Source: Candidatus Levyibacteriota bacterium
Lineage (GTDB): Bacteria > Patescibacteriota > Microgenomatia > Levybacterales > UBA12049
Reading direction: 5' to 3'
Assembly (NCBI GenBank): GCA_003152105.1
Contig: PLZJ01000002.1
Span: forward strand, 685,140-749,139
Length of the DNA: 64,000 bases
The notes beneath the pieces were generated by a model that saw only the letters and a program-made list of their open reading frames with translations, was not told where the DNA came from and searched no databases. A program made the translations under genes and the position numbers. Below, in pieces: positions 30,159-40,005 of this stretch. Position 1 is the stretch's first letter. Each line of letters starts with the position of its first letter.

Positions 30159-31408
30159 GGCAAAATGCGAGGCTTAGGAATAGGGACTAAAAATTTGCCC
30201 TTATTTTTAATATATAAACTTTTAGACAAAAAATAATTTAAATAATTCCAACTTAACAGTAAAGCAAATTTAGGCATAATGGATAGAAATTCTTCTTCGC
30301 TAACAATCGGAATATGCGTACCTGGTGTAACCAATCCTTGCTTTAGCTCGTTTGTCTCTGCAATACATGATATTTCATTACTACTTAGTTCAAAAAAGTT
30401 TAATAATGTATTACCCTTTGCTGGAGCACCATAGCCTCCAAGATTTTCCTTTGATAGTTTATATTTATGAATTAAACTCCAAATAGCTGATTTTGTTTTT
30501 AATACATTATTGGTAAAAGCTAAATAATTTGAAATTTTAGAAATTCCCCATATTTTTTCTTGATTTATTATTTCTTGGACAGATTTACTTATTGTATGCA
30601 TATGCATAAACCCAACAAATACTCTAATAGCAGGTCCGGATGCTCCAAATGGTACTCGATCAACTCTATATATCTCTAAGCCGTATTTATTAAATAACCC
30701 TTCTAAAGGGGTAATGCTTAAGTAGCTTAGGTGTTCATGATAAATTGTATCAAAAAGCGTTTGTTCCATTAAATCAATCAAATATGGTGCTTCGATAATA
30801 AACGTTCCATTTTTTTCTAATATTGTGATTAGGTTGGTTAAAAAGTCTTCAATATCGTCAATATGTGCAAAAACGTTTGTCGCAGTGATTATTTTTGCCT
30901 TTCCGTGAGTTTTCTCAATTTCTTTAGAAACCTGCTTATTGAAGAAATCATTGTATACAATTAAGCCTGATGCAAGTGCAAACTTGGCTACTTTGGAAGG
31001 CTCGATTCCTATTCTTATCATCTTATTCTTTTCAAATTCATTCAATAGAATTCCATCATTGCATCCTATGTCGATAATAATGTCGTCTTTTTTTAAAGAA
31101 TATTTCGTTGTTATATATTTGGCTAATTTTGCATAATGTGCTTTCAGTGCTTTAGAAGTTGATGATAAATATAGGTAATCATCAAAAGTAATTTTTGGAG
31201 ATACAACAGTATCAAGTTGAACAAGAAAGCAGTTTTGACATATACATAGATTTAAAGGATAAAATATTTCATTTTTTATGTCTTTTGCTGAGATAAAACT
31301 ATTTGAAGGGGGTTGGTTACCTAGTTTAAGAAAAGTATATAAATCAGACGATTGACAGTAACGACAATTAACTACGTTTCTAGCATAATCGAATGATTGA
31401 CGTTTCAT
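30155..31408 (-). CDS. NDP-hexose C-methyltransferase-like enzyme (TylCIII family architecture: Zn-binding domain + SAM MTase + C-terminal C-methyltransferase domain)
   Basis: N-terminal CRYCQS...LCICQNC zinc ribbon; DIGCNDGILL SAM motif. 417 aa with about 150 aa after the MTase core, the size and order of sugar 3-C-methyltransferases. Confidence 0.5.
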   Translation of the reverse strand: MKRQSFDYARNVVNCRYCQSSDLYTFLKLGNQPPSNSFISAKDIKNEIFYPLNLCICQNCFLVQLDTVVSPKITFDDYLYLSSTSKALKAHYAKLAKYITTKYSLKKDDIIIDIGCNDGILLNEFEKNKMIRIGIEPSKVAKFALASGLIVYNDFFNKQVSKEIEKTHGKAKIITATNVFAHIDDIEDFLTNLITILEKNGTFIIEAPYLIDLMEQTLFDTIYHEHLSYLSITPLEGLFNKYGLEIYRVDRVPFGASGPAIRVFVGFMHMHTISKSVQEIINQEKIWGISKISNYLAFTNNVLKTKSAIWSLIHKYKLSKENLGGYGAPAKGNTLLNFFELSSNEISCIAETNELKQGLVTPGTHIPIVSEEEFLSIMPKFALLLSWNYLNYFLSKSLYIKNKGKFLVPIPKPRILP

Positions 31409-31432
31409 AAATGGAACAATAAGCTGTAATTA

Positions 31433-32395
31433 TTAGGCGGTAATTTGATTGTCATTATACCACAGAAAAGTCTTTATGAGCCCTTCTTTTAAAGAAATTT
31501 TTGGAGTAAATCCTAAGCTTTTAATTTTATGTACATCAGGTAATCTTCTTGTTACCGATCCATCTGGCGATTTGGTAGATTTAATTGATATAGATGTTTT
31601 TGTAATTTGAGATAATATGGCAATAATTTCCTGAATTGTAACTTCTTTAGAAGTACCAATATTATATATTCCGCGATTTTTAGATTTGCTTAGTAATAAG
31701 TATAAGCAGTCTGTAAAATCATCAATATATATAAAAGATCTCTTACTTAGGCCATCTCCTTGAATGGGCAAGGAAATGGACTTGTTATTTTTAGTTGTTA
31801 ATTTTAGTATTTTAGATATAAGTTCAGGAATAACATGTTCGTACCCCATTTGTGGACCGTATACATTATGGGGTCTAAAAATTACTATTTTTTCAAATAT
31901 TTTAGAGCCGTTATAAAGCGTTAAAAGTTCACTTATAATTTTACCACCTGCATAAGAGTAGCGAGGATTATATAAGTCCGGAATAGATAAAGGCACATTT
32001 TCAGGTGTAGGAAAAACAGGTGGAGTTTGGTACACTTCTGAGCTTGATGCTAGAAATAATTCTTTCACGTGATTCTTTTTACCGGCGTCTAAAACATTAA
32101 TCATTCCTTTAACTCCCACTTCTAATACTAATTCAGGTTTTTCATAAAAATATTTTGTTCCATTAACAAAAGCAAGATGTACAACAGAATCAATATTTTG
32201 ACAAGCTTGATTTACTGTATTTATATTTCTTACATCACCTGCAATAAATTCAAAATGATTGTTATTGGATATTTGTAATCTATTTCCACGAGATTGATCA
32301 TCTAAAACCCTCACAAAATGATTATTTGATAAAAGCTTATTAACTAATGAAGATCCAATAAAACCCGAACCACCAGTAATCAAATATTTTTTCAT
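31433..32395 (-). CDS. NAD-dependent sugar epimerase/dehydratase (extended SDR)
   Basis: ITGGSGFIGSSLVNKL Rossmann motif; YAGGK (YxxxK). Confidence 0.7.
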   Translation of the reverse strand: MKKYLITGGSGFIGSSLVNKLLSNNHFVRVLDDQSRGNRLQISNNNHFEFIAGDVRNINTVNQACQNIDSVVHLAFVNGTKYFYEKPELVLEVGVKGMINVLDAGKKNHVKELFLASSSEVYQTPPVFPTPENVPLSIPDLYNPRYSYAGGKIISELLTLYNGSKIFEKIVIFRPHNVYGPQMGYEHVIPELISKILKLTTKNNKSISLPIQGDGLSKRSFIYIDDFTDCLYLLLSKSKNRGIYNIGTSKEVTIQEIIAILSQITKTSISIKSTKSPDGSVTRRLPDVHKIKSLGFTPKISLKEGLIKTFLWYNDNQITA

Positions 32396-32443
32396 TTGTA
32401 GAAATATTATAACTAGAATTAGTTTGTTTGTATAGCATTTTTG

Positions 32444-32473
32444 AAAATTTAATTTGCAATTATTTACATAACT
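32444..32473 (+). promoter_or_regulatory. Candidate promoter TTGCAA-N18-TATAAT in divergent intergenic region
   Basis: TTGCAA at 32444-32449, TATAAT at 32468-32473, about 60 nt upstream of the dehydrogenase gene. Confidence 0.3.
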
Positions 32474-32534
32474 AGTTTATAATCTGAAAACAATAATATA
32501 CTTATATAAATTTCTAATAATTAATACTTAAATC

Positions 32535-33800
32535 ATGGTGAAAAATAAACAACTTAAAAAAATTGCAGTTATAGGAATTGGTAGAGTTGGACTTCCTTTA
32601 GCTCTTGTTCTTGCAGACCAAAATTATTTTGTATATGGAATTGGAAGAACTAAAGAAAAAATAAATGATATTAATAAAGGGAAAATGCCTTTTCTTGAGA
32701 AAGGTGCTTTAAACCTACTCAAAAAAACTTTACATAAAACATTTATTTGTACAACAGATTATTCGGAAATTAAAAACTGTGATTATATAATCATGACACT
32801 TGGAACTCCAGTTGATGAAAATATGAATCCCTTACTGAATCAAATTAACGAATCATTGGAAAGTGCTATGCCATATTTTAAAACTGGCCAAACTTTAATT
32901 CTAAGAAGTACAGTCTCGCCAAAAACTACATTATATGTAGCTTCTTTATTAGAAGATTCCGGAAAATTAAAAATTGGTAAAAATTTCTTTCTTGCTTTTT
33001 GCCCTGAAAGGATATCAGAGGGTAAGTCAATTGAAGAAATAACAACAATTCCTCAAATAATTGGAGGAGTAGACCCTAAAAGCGCATTAAAAGCAAAAGA
33101 ATTATTTACATCAATTAAAGTAGAAACACTAATAACTGACTCAACAAGTGCTGAGCTCGCGAAATTATTTACTAACATGTATCGATATATTAATTTTGCA
33201 ATTTCAAATGAATTCATGGTTCTGGCAAATAATTATGGTAAGAATATCCATGAAATAGTTAACTTAGTTAACTATAAATATAAAAGAGGTGGATTGTCAT
33301 TACCTGGACTAACTGGAGGACCTTGTTTATTTAAAGATGGTTTCTTTCTAATTGCAGATATACCATATGCTGAACTTATTTCCACAAGTTGGAAGATAAA
33401 TGAATCTATCCCTTTATTTTTAATAAAACTTATTAAAGAAAAAATAGAGCTTAAACATAAAAGGGTGGCTTTACTTGGTATGTCATTTAAATCTGAAATT
33501 GACGATATCCGAGAATCTTTAAGTTTTAAAATTCGCAATTCACTTTTAAGAGAAAGAGCAATTATTAAGATGCATGACCCATATGTCAAAAGCTATAAAA
33601 ACCAGATTATTGAAAATAATGTGTACGAAAGTTTTAAAATGGCAGATTTAATTATCGTTGCAACTAATCATGCCATGTATAGAAAACTAGATATAGCAAA
33701 AATTAAGTTTCTTGCTAAAAAAAATTGTTATGTTTGTGACGTATGGAACAATTTTAATACCAATAAAGTAATATTTAAATTAAAAGATTTATCTTCTTAA
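32535..33800 (+). CDS. Nucleotide-sugar 6-dehydrogenase (UDP-glucose/GDP-mannose dehydrogenase family)
   Basis: IAVIGIGRVGLPLALVLA NAD-binding N-terminus; catalytic Cys context GGPCLFKDG; 421 aa. Confidence 0.75.
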   Translation: MVKNKQLKKIAVIGIGRVGLPLALVLADQNYFVYGIGRTKEKINDINKGKMPFLEKGALNLLKKTLHKTFICTTDYSEIKNCDYIIMTLGTPVDENMNPLLNQINESLESAMPYFKTGQTLILRSTVSPKTTLYVASLLEDSGKLKIGKNFFLAFCPERISEGKSIEEITTIPQIIGGVDPKSALKAKELFTSIKVETLITDSTSAELAKLFTNMYRYINFAISNEFMVLANNYGKNIHEIVNLVNYKYKRGGLSLPGLTGGPCLFKDGFFLIADIPYAELISTSWKINESIPLFLIKLIKEKIELKHKRVALLGMSFKSEIDDIRESLSFKIRNSLLRERAIIKMHDPYVKSYKNQIIENNVYESFKMADLIIVATNHAMYRKLDIAKIKFLAKKNCYVCDVWNNFNTNKVIFKLKDLSS

Positions 33801-33884
33801 CTATAACTTAAAAATATCTGAATAATACCATTTGTTTTTAAGACATAATTGTATATAATATTTAATATTGTAATTTCATTTTAA

Positions 33885-34937
33885 ATGATAAAAAATAAAA
33901 AAACTGCGATTAATAAATTTTGGCATGACAAGAGAATTTTAATAACTGGTGGTGCTTCATTTATCGGATCTAACCTAGTCGATACATTACTCGAAGAACA
34001 TAATCCAAAGTCAATTAGAGTCGTAGATAATTTAAGTAGTGGATTACTTAAGAATATTAATAGTCATATAAAAAATAAAAATATTGAATTTGTAAAAGGA
34101 GATTTACGAGATAGTACGGTTGCAAAATCCGCCACAAAAAAAATTGATGTAATTTTTCATCTAGCTGCTGATCATGGAGGTAGGGGATATGTTGATTTAC
34201 ATCAAGCGGGTCCAGCATCTAACTTTATGTTGGATGGTATGATATTTCGAGAAGCACTTAAACAAAATGTTAAGAAAATTGTATTTGCTTCTTCAGGATG
34301 TGTATATCCAAATTACATACAAACTAATATAAAAAAGAAATTATATTTAACCGAAGAACTAGTAGTCCCTCCATATGATGCAGATAACTTGTATGGTTGG
34401 GCCAAATTAATGGCTGAGTTGACACTAAAGGCATATCATCAAGAATACGGGATGCAAACAGCATCTTGTAGATATTTTACTGTCTACGGTCCAAGAGGAG
34501 TTGAGAATCATGCAGTTATTGCTATGATTGCTCGATCTTTTATAAAACAAAATCCATATCAAATCTGGGGTGATGGACAGCAAATACGAAATTGGACATA
34601 TATTAATGATATTGTATCGGGAACAATTAAAACTGCAGAGAAAATAAATAATGGAACAGCACTGAATTTAGGTACTATGGAAAGAATAAAAGTAATAGAT
34701 GCAGTAAATCAAATTCTCAATTATACAAATTTTCATCCAAAACTAAAATTTCTACCTACTATGCCAACTGGACCAGTTAATCGAGTTGCTGATAATAAAC
34801 TTGCAAAGAGATTACTCAATTGGGAACCAAAAACACTTTTCTCAGAAGGTGTCAAAAAAACAATTGATTGGTATTATTCAAATAAAAAAAGAGATGAAAT
34901 TGAACATAATTTTTCAAAACTAATAATAGAAAGATAA
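33885..34937 (+). CDS. NAD-dependent nucleotide-sugar dehydratase/decarboxylase/epimerase (extended SDR; UXS/ArnA-C-terminal-like)
   Basis: ILITGGASFIGSNLVDTL, VDNLSSG, YGWAK (YxxxK). Confidence 0.65.
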   Translation: MIKNKKTAINKFWHDKRILITGGASFIGSNLVDTLLEEHNPKSIRVVDNLSSGLLKNINSHIKNKNIEFVKGDLRDSTVAKSATKKIDVIFHLAADHGGRGYVDLHQAGPASNFMLDGMIFREALKQNVKKIVFASSGCVYPNYIQTNIKKKLYLTEELVVPPYDADNLYGWAKLMAELTLKAYHQEYGMQTASCRYFTVYGPRGVENHAVIAMIARSFIKQNPYQIWGDGQQIRNWTYINDIVSGTIKTAEKINNGTALNLGTMERIKVIDAVNQILNYTNFHPKLKFLPTMPTGPVNRVADNKLAKRLLNWEPKTLFSEGVKKTIDWYYSNKKRDEIEHNFSKLIIER

Positions 34938-35924
34938 ATGATTTCTTATCCAATAGTTGTAACCACAATATTTCCTCCTTCAAAGGCTATTAAGCTATAC
35001 GTTAAGTACAAACATAAATTAATCGTTATCGGAGATAGTAAAACCCCGTCTAACTGGAAATATAAGAATTGTGATTATTATCCAATAGCTTCTCAACATA
35101 AAATGTTTCCTACATTTTCGAAAATAATTCCATTAAATCACTATGCAAGAAAAAATTTAGGATATTTAATTGCAATGAAGGCATGTAGTAGTTTTATTGA
35201 AACTGATGATGATACATTTCCGTATGATCATTTTCCTAAGTTAATTAATGGAAAAACTATAACTTTGATTAAATCAAAGGAATTATTTTTTAATGCTTAT
35301 AAATATGCAACTTTTGGAAAAACAACTGTTTGGCAAAGGGGATATCCATTGCAACTGATATTAAATAAATCCAATTTTCTTGAAAAAAGCTTGTTATCAA
35401 ATAATTATGAATTTCCGATTCAACAGGGATTAATAAACGGAGACACAGATGTTGATGCAATATATAGATTAGTAAACAATGAAAAAATAACTTTTAAAAG
35501 TAATTGTAATTTTTCAATTGATTCAGGAGTGTATTCTCCAATAAATTCACAGAATACTTTTTGGAAAAGAAATGCCTTCTTATTTATGTATCTGCCTAGT
35601 TTTGTTTCACCACGAGTCACGGACATTTATAGAGGATATATTGCACAAAGAATGTTAAAAGAAATAAATGAATACGTTTCTTTTACTGCACCCTCTACTT
35701 ATCAAATAAGAAATCCGCATAATTATATTAAAGATTTTAAAGACGAAATGGATTTATATCTTTCAATTGAGGAATTTGTAACTTGTTTAGACAAAATGAA
35801 ACTTAATGGATCGATTGAAAATAAATATTTAATGCTATTTAAGCAGTTAAACAAATATGGTTTTATCATTCAGGATGAAATAGATGCAGTTTCTCATTGG
35901 ATTAAGGAAGTTTCTAAGCTTTAA
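34938..35924 (+). CDS. Hypothetical protein, possible GT-A glycosyltransferase (DUF288/STELLO-like)
   Basis: IVVTTIFPPS...LIVIGDSKTP... then ETDDDTF, a DxD-like motif. Soluble, 328 aa. Family assignment from memory only. Confidence 0.3.
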   Translation: MISYPIVVTTIFPPSKAIKLYVKYKHKLIVIGDSKTPSNWKYKNCDYYPIASQHKMFPTFSKIIPLNHYARKNLGYLIAMKACSSFIETDDDTFPYDHFPKLINGKTITLIKSKELFFNAYKYATFGKTTVWQRGYPLQLILNKSNFLEKSLLSNNYEFPIQQGLINGDTDVDAIYRLVNNEKITFKSNCNFSIDSGVYSPINSQNTFWKRNAFLFMYLPSFVSPRVTDIYRGYIAQRMLKEINEYVSFTAPSTYQIRNPHNYIKDFKDEMDLYLSIEEFVTCLDKMKLNGSIENKYLMLFKQLNKYGFIIQDEIDAVSHWIKEVSKL

Positions 35925-36636
35925 CTGGGTAAGTAGATTTATCTAGAATTTCACGAACAAAAGTTTTTAAATTTAAATATCCAGTAGGTATAGATTTAAA
36001 ATTCGTATCTCCAAATAGTCGTTTTCCTTCAATGGAAGGAAATTCATAAAATTTCAATTTATATTTCAATCCTCTTATGACCATTTGGCAATCTATAGTT
36101 CTATCTTCTGTATCAAGATGTAATTTGTCATATGCTAGAATGTTAATTCCCCGAAATCCTTGTACTATTTCTGAAACATATCCGTTTTTATTCCATAAAG
36201 CATTAATGATAATCGCAAAACAAATATTAAACCATTTTCGAGGTTTTAAAAAGGTATCGTCTTCTTCATTCTGACCACCTTTAATCATTCGAGAAGGAAT
36301 TACGAATTCATACCCTAACCGTAATGCATCTGCAATTTTACCAATATCTTCTGGGTTTTCATTACCGTCAGGATGATAAAGTATCATGGCATTTGTGGAG
36401 CAATGTGATCTTGCTTCAAAAACTGCAGCACCTAAGCCACGTTTTTTTTGTGTAAATACCTTGATTCCCTTTTTTTTGTAAAATTCGATTGTTCCATCTG
36501 TAGAATTTCCATCAATTACATATACCTCGTCAACAGATTTTAATGGAATTTTGGGAAACAAAATTTCTGATGCTTTTCTTTCATTCATTGCTAGTATTGC
36601 TAAGCTCACTTTTATTTTTTTTGTAGGTAATTTCAT
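35914..36636 (-). CDS. GT2 glycosyltransferase (Dpm1-like)
   Basis: SLAILAMNERKASEILFPKIPLKSVDEVYVIDGNSTDGT. Confidence 0.65.
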   Translation of the reverse strand: MKLPTKKIKVSLAILAMNERKASEILFPKIPLKSVDEVYVIDGNSTDGTIEFYKKKGIKVFTQKKRGLGAAVFEARSHCSTNAMILYHPDGNENPEDIGKIADALRLGYEFVIPSRMIKGGQNEEDDTFLKPRKWFNICFAIIINALWNKNGYVSEIVQGFRGINILAYDKLHLDTEDRTIDCQMVIRGLKYKLKFYEFPSIEGKRLFGDTNFKSIPTGYLNLKTFVREILDKSTYPVKA

Positions 36637-36701
36637 AGATTTAGATTTTTATATATGTTATTATTGCAAATAGTTTTAGCTTTAATAATGATATTTTATA
36701 A

Positions 36702-38225
36702 ATGAAAAAAATATTCACTAATACTTATACAATTTCCATTTTGCTATTTGTAATAGGTATTTGTACAAGGATACCATTTCTTGAACATTTTCAATCTCAT
36801 TGGGATGGAGCAGAATATAGTATGGCTATATTACATTATTCATTAGTTCAAGATACTCCATCGCCGCCTGGATATCCATTATACATTTTTTTAGGAAAAA
36901 TAATATATCAATTTGTACATAATCCACATACCGCTTTGCTTATCGTGAGTGTGTTGTTTAGTGGATTAACCGCTTATTTATTTTTTATACTGGGAAGTAT
37001 ATTTTTAAATAAAGAAATAGGCATAATTGCATCCCTAATTTATTTATCTTCTCCTGTATTTTATTTTTTAGGAATTACCGCACACGGCTATGGAATTACA
37101 GTCGCACCGTTATTATTACTTATCATTTTAATAGTTAGAGTTATTAAGTATAAAAAGTCGCATCCTATACTACTTGGCATATTATTTTCAATTACAATTG
37201 GAATTAGACCTCAAGATAGTATTTTTACAACTGGCTTATTTTTATATAGTTTATTTATCATAAATAAGCCAGACAAGATTAAAGCTATTATTTCATTTTT
37301 ATTATTTACCACATTATGGTTTATTCCAATATTGTCTTTAGTTGGGGGATTAATCCCATACTTACAAAGTCTTAAGAATGCAACTACTACAAATGCAATT
37401 CCACTACCAACTTTTACAATCATTGAAGGAAATATTTTTCAGGTTATAAGAGGTATATTTCTGACGTTTGGAATAGGTATAATTATTTTTATTTCAACTA
37501 TCAAATTTATACATAAAAAGAATTTTATTAAAGTTAAAAAAAATAAATATTATATTTTATTTTTGGTTTGGATATTACCTGCTTTTCTATTTAATATAAT
37601 AATCAGAAGTGATCAACCTGGTCATCAAGTATCTTATTTAGCTGGGTTAATTGTGGTATTTTCTGTACTTATTTTTGAAAGTTTTAAAGGGTATACAAAG
37701 GTAATGTATGTCATTGTTATGATAATTTGTATATTCAATATTTATAATTTCTTTAGAGATCGTGACCCTGATTACAAACTTGTTTATACTCCTACATCAT
37801 TTCATTATAGCGAAATACAAAAAAATGATATACAGCTTGGGTCAATTATTCCGTATATTGTTAAACATTTTAATCCAAATAAAACAATAATTATTACTAG
37901 TGCGCAGCCTTGGAGACCTTTAACATATCATTTAAATAAATTTGAAGTTATCGATCTAGAAGGTTTATATACAAATGATTCACATTATACTTCGGTTGAG
38001 CAAATTGGAAACTATTTAACTATGCAAGTACAATCAAATAAAAAAATGGAGTTTCAAATACCAAAAAAAGTTTACTCTTTAGTATTTACGGTTGCAAGTA
38101 CCTGCTCATATATTCACCAAGCACATATTAAACTACCTGGGAATACTTGTTTAACTGTTTTAAAAGTAAAACCAAATCAAGTATTTTCTTATAAAATTAA
38201 TAGATTTGCTAATATTTCAAAATGA
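36702..38225 (+). CDS. ArnT/PMT_2-like GT-C glycosyltransferase (polytopic membrane)
   Basis: HWDGAEYSMAILHYSLVQDTPSPPGYPLYIFLGKI matches DEaRY...KPPL.YW of ArnT / GT39 / GT83; about 11 TM. Confidence 0.55.
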   Translation: MKKIFTNTYTISILLFVIGICTRIPFLEHFQSHWDGAEYSMAILHYSLVQDTPSPPGYPLYIFLGKIIYQFVHNPHTALLIVSVLFSGLTAYLFFILGSIFLNKEIGIIASLIYLSSPVFYFLGITAHGYGITVAPLLLLIILIVRVIKYKKSHPILLGILFSITIGIRPQDSIFTTGLFLYSLFIINKPDKIKAIISFLLFTTLWFIPILSLVGGLIPYLQSLKNATTTNAIPLPTFTIIEGNIFQVIRGIFLTFGIGIIIFISTIKFIHKKNFIKVKKNKYYILFLVWILPAFLFNIIIRSDQPGHQVSYLAGLIVVFSVLIFESFKGYTKVMYVIVMIICIFNIYNFFRDRDPDYKLVYTPTSFHYSEIQKNDIQLGSIIPYIVKHFNPNKTIIITSAQPWRPLTYHLNKFEVIDLEGLYTNDSHYTSVEQIGNYLTMQVQSNKKMEFQIPKKVYSLVFTVASTCSYIHQAHIKLPGNTCLTVLKVKPNQVFSYKINRFANISK

Positions 38226-38689
38226 ATCTAAAAAAATATATATATTTATGTTTCTTTGCCTGTATTGGATTATGGTTTCTGCTATCAATCGCAAGAACTG
38301 CATTTGATTTTGTGAGAATTATTCCAGAAGAAAAAGAGTGGCATGGACTGAGTTATGATCAAGAAAGATTTAAGCTGTTTGGAAATGATTATGCACTCAT
38401 TAAATTAATGAAAAAATATATAGCAAATAAATCTTATATTATCTTTATTTCAAAAGATGGGGAAGCATTTTATTTGTCAAGATATTACTTATACCCGTCC
38501 AATATGCTATTTGTCCAGTCACCCATAGATTTAAGAAACATAAATACAAAAAAATATTCAACTATAGTTGAATATCCAAATATAGTTAGTCTAAAGCCAT
38601 ATCTTGGTGCATTAGTGAATAATTATTCAATTGCATATCGTTTACAAGCAAAAGGTAATAGTAAAGAGATATTGAGGTTAAAAAAATGA
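38222..38689 (+). CDS. Small N-terminally anchored extracytoplasmic protein, hypothetical
   Basis: One N-terminal TM plus about 120 aa soluble. Start overlaps the upstream stop (ATGA) and its stop overlaps the next start. Confidence 0.4.
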   Translation: MNLKKYIYLCFFACIGLWFLLSIARTAFDFVRIIPEEKEWHGLSYDQERFKLFGNDYALIKLMKKYIANKSYIIFISKDGEAFYLSRYYLYPSNMLFVQSPIDLRNINTKKYSTIVEYPNIVSLKPYLGALVNNYSIAYRLQAKGNSKEILRLKK

Positions 38690-40005
38690 GTATTCTAAAC
38701 ATTTTATTATCAGCTACGTTACTTTTTGGAGCGGGTTTTAGTTTTCTGCAATTATTTTCAGTATTTAGGAAAAGTAGCATTATTGAAATTCTCTCAATTT
38801 CTTATGGTATAGGAGTAGCATTAATTTCATTTCAGCTTCTAATTTACGATTTACTCGGAATTAAATGGAATATAGCGTGGATTATACTGCCATGGATTTT
38901 AGTTTTCGCTTTTGTTTTATATAAAGTACCTTTTAAGAAGTTATTTAGTTTCTCAATTGTAAAATTTGATGCGTTCGAAAAAATCGTACTTTTATTGATT
39001 ATATTACTGTTGTGTTATGTAGGATTAGAATCAATTTTAAGACCACTATCAGCATGGGATGGATGGGCAACTTGGCTATTTAAATCTACAATATTTTTTA
39101 CCGATGGAAAGATAAATACAAATGCTTTAAATTTTACAGGATCCGAATATCCTTTACTGATAGGTCTTATGGGTACCTTTGGTTATTTAATGTTGGGTCA
39201 TATCGATGATAAGTTAATACTGATATTATTTTACTTATTCTACGTTTGTTTAGCTGGAATTTTTTACTATACCTGTAAAGAATTAACAAATAAGAAAACA
39301 GCTTTGATTAGTACCTTTTTATTACTATCGTTGCAAAATCTAATTAGGCATGGTGGAAGATATGATGCTGGAATGGCAGATTTGGCTCTTGGTTATTATT
39401 ATTTTGTTTGTTGTAGTTTGTTTTTAAAATTTATAAAATTTAAAAATAAAAATTCGTTTGTTTTGTTTATGTTTATGACCGGATTATTAGGTTTAGTAAA
39501 AGATGATGGTATTCCTATGACTCTATTTTTATGTATAGTCGGAGCAGTAAGTCTTTATTCAATTAAAAAATTATCTTATTTATGGATGTTATCATTCCCA
39601 ATCATAATTCTTGGTCAATGGGAATTATTTAAACTGGTATTTCATATGCCTGGAGCTCCAAAGTTTATCCAAAATCCTGAGTTTAATCGCACCATTACAG
39701 TAATACTTGGTATTAGTAAGGAATTTTTAAACCTCGAAAATTGGAATCTATTATGGATAGGATTCTTCTTATCGCTTATAATCCTTTTGATAAAAAAGCA
39801 CAAAATTGGTCTGATTATTTCACTTTTTGTAATATCTCAGCTTTTAGTTTATTACTACGTGTTCTTATCAACCTCACTCGATCCTTTAGCGCATATAAAT
39901 AATGTTATTGATCGCTTATTGCTTCATATTGCACCTGTTGCAATGCTTGTCGTTTCAATCCCATTATATTTATTGAGTAAAAGTTATAAAAACACCAAGT
40001 TATAA
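38686..40005 (+). CDS. Polytopic membrane protein, hypothetical (possible GT-C or polymerase)
   Basis: 439 aa, about 12 TM. No motif recognised. Confidence 0.4.
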   Translation: MSILNILLSATLLFGAGFSFLQLFSVFRKSSIIEILSISYGIGVALISFQLLIYDLLGIKWNIAWIILPWILVFAFVLYKVPFKKLFSFSIVKFDAFEKIVLLLIILLLCYVGLESILRPLSAWDGWATWLFKSTIFFTDGKINTNALNFTGSEYPLLIGLMGTFGYLMLGHIDDKLILILFYLFYVCLAGIFYYTCKELTNKKTALISTFLLLSLQNLIRHGGRYDAGMADLALGYYYFVCCSLFLKFIKFKNKNSFVLFMFMTGLLGLVKDDGIPMTLFLCIVGAVSLYSIKKLSYLWMLSFPIIILGQWELFKLVFHMPGAPKFIQNPEFNRTITVILGISKEFLNLENWNLLWIGFFLSLIILLIKKHKIGLIISLFVISQLLVYYYVFLSTSLDPLAHINNVIDRLLLHIAPVAMLVVSIPLYLLSKSYKNTKL

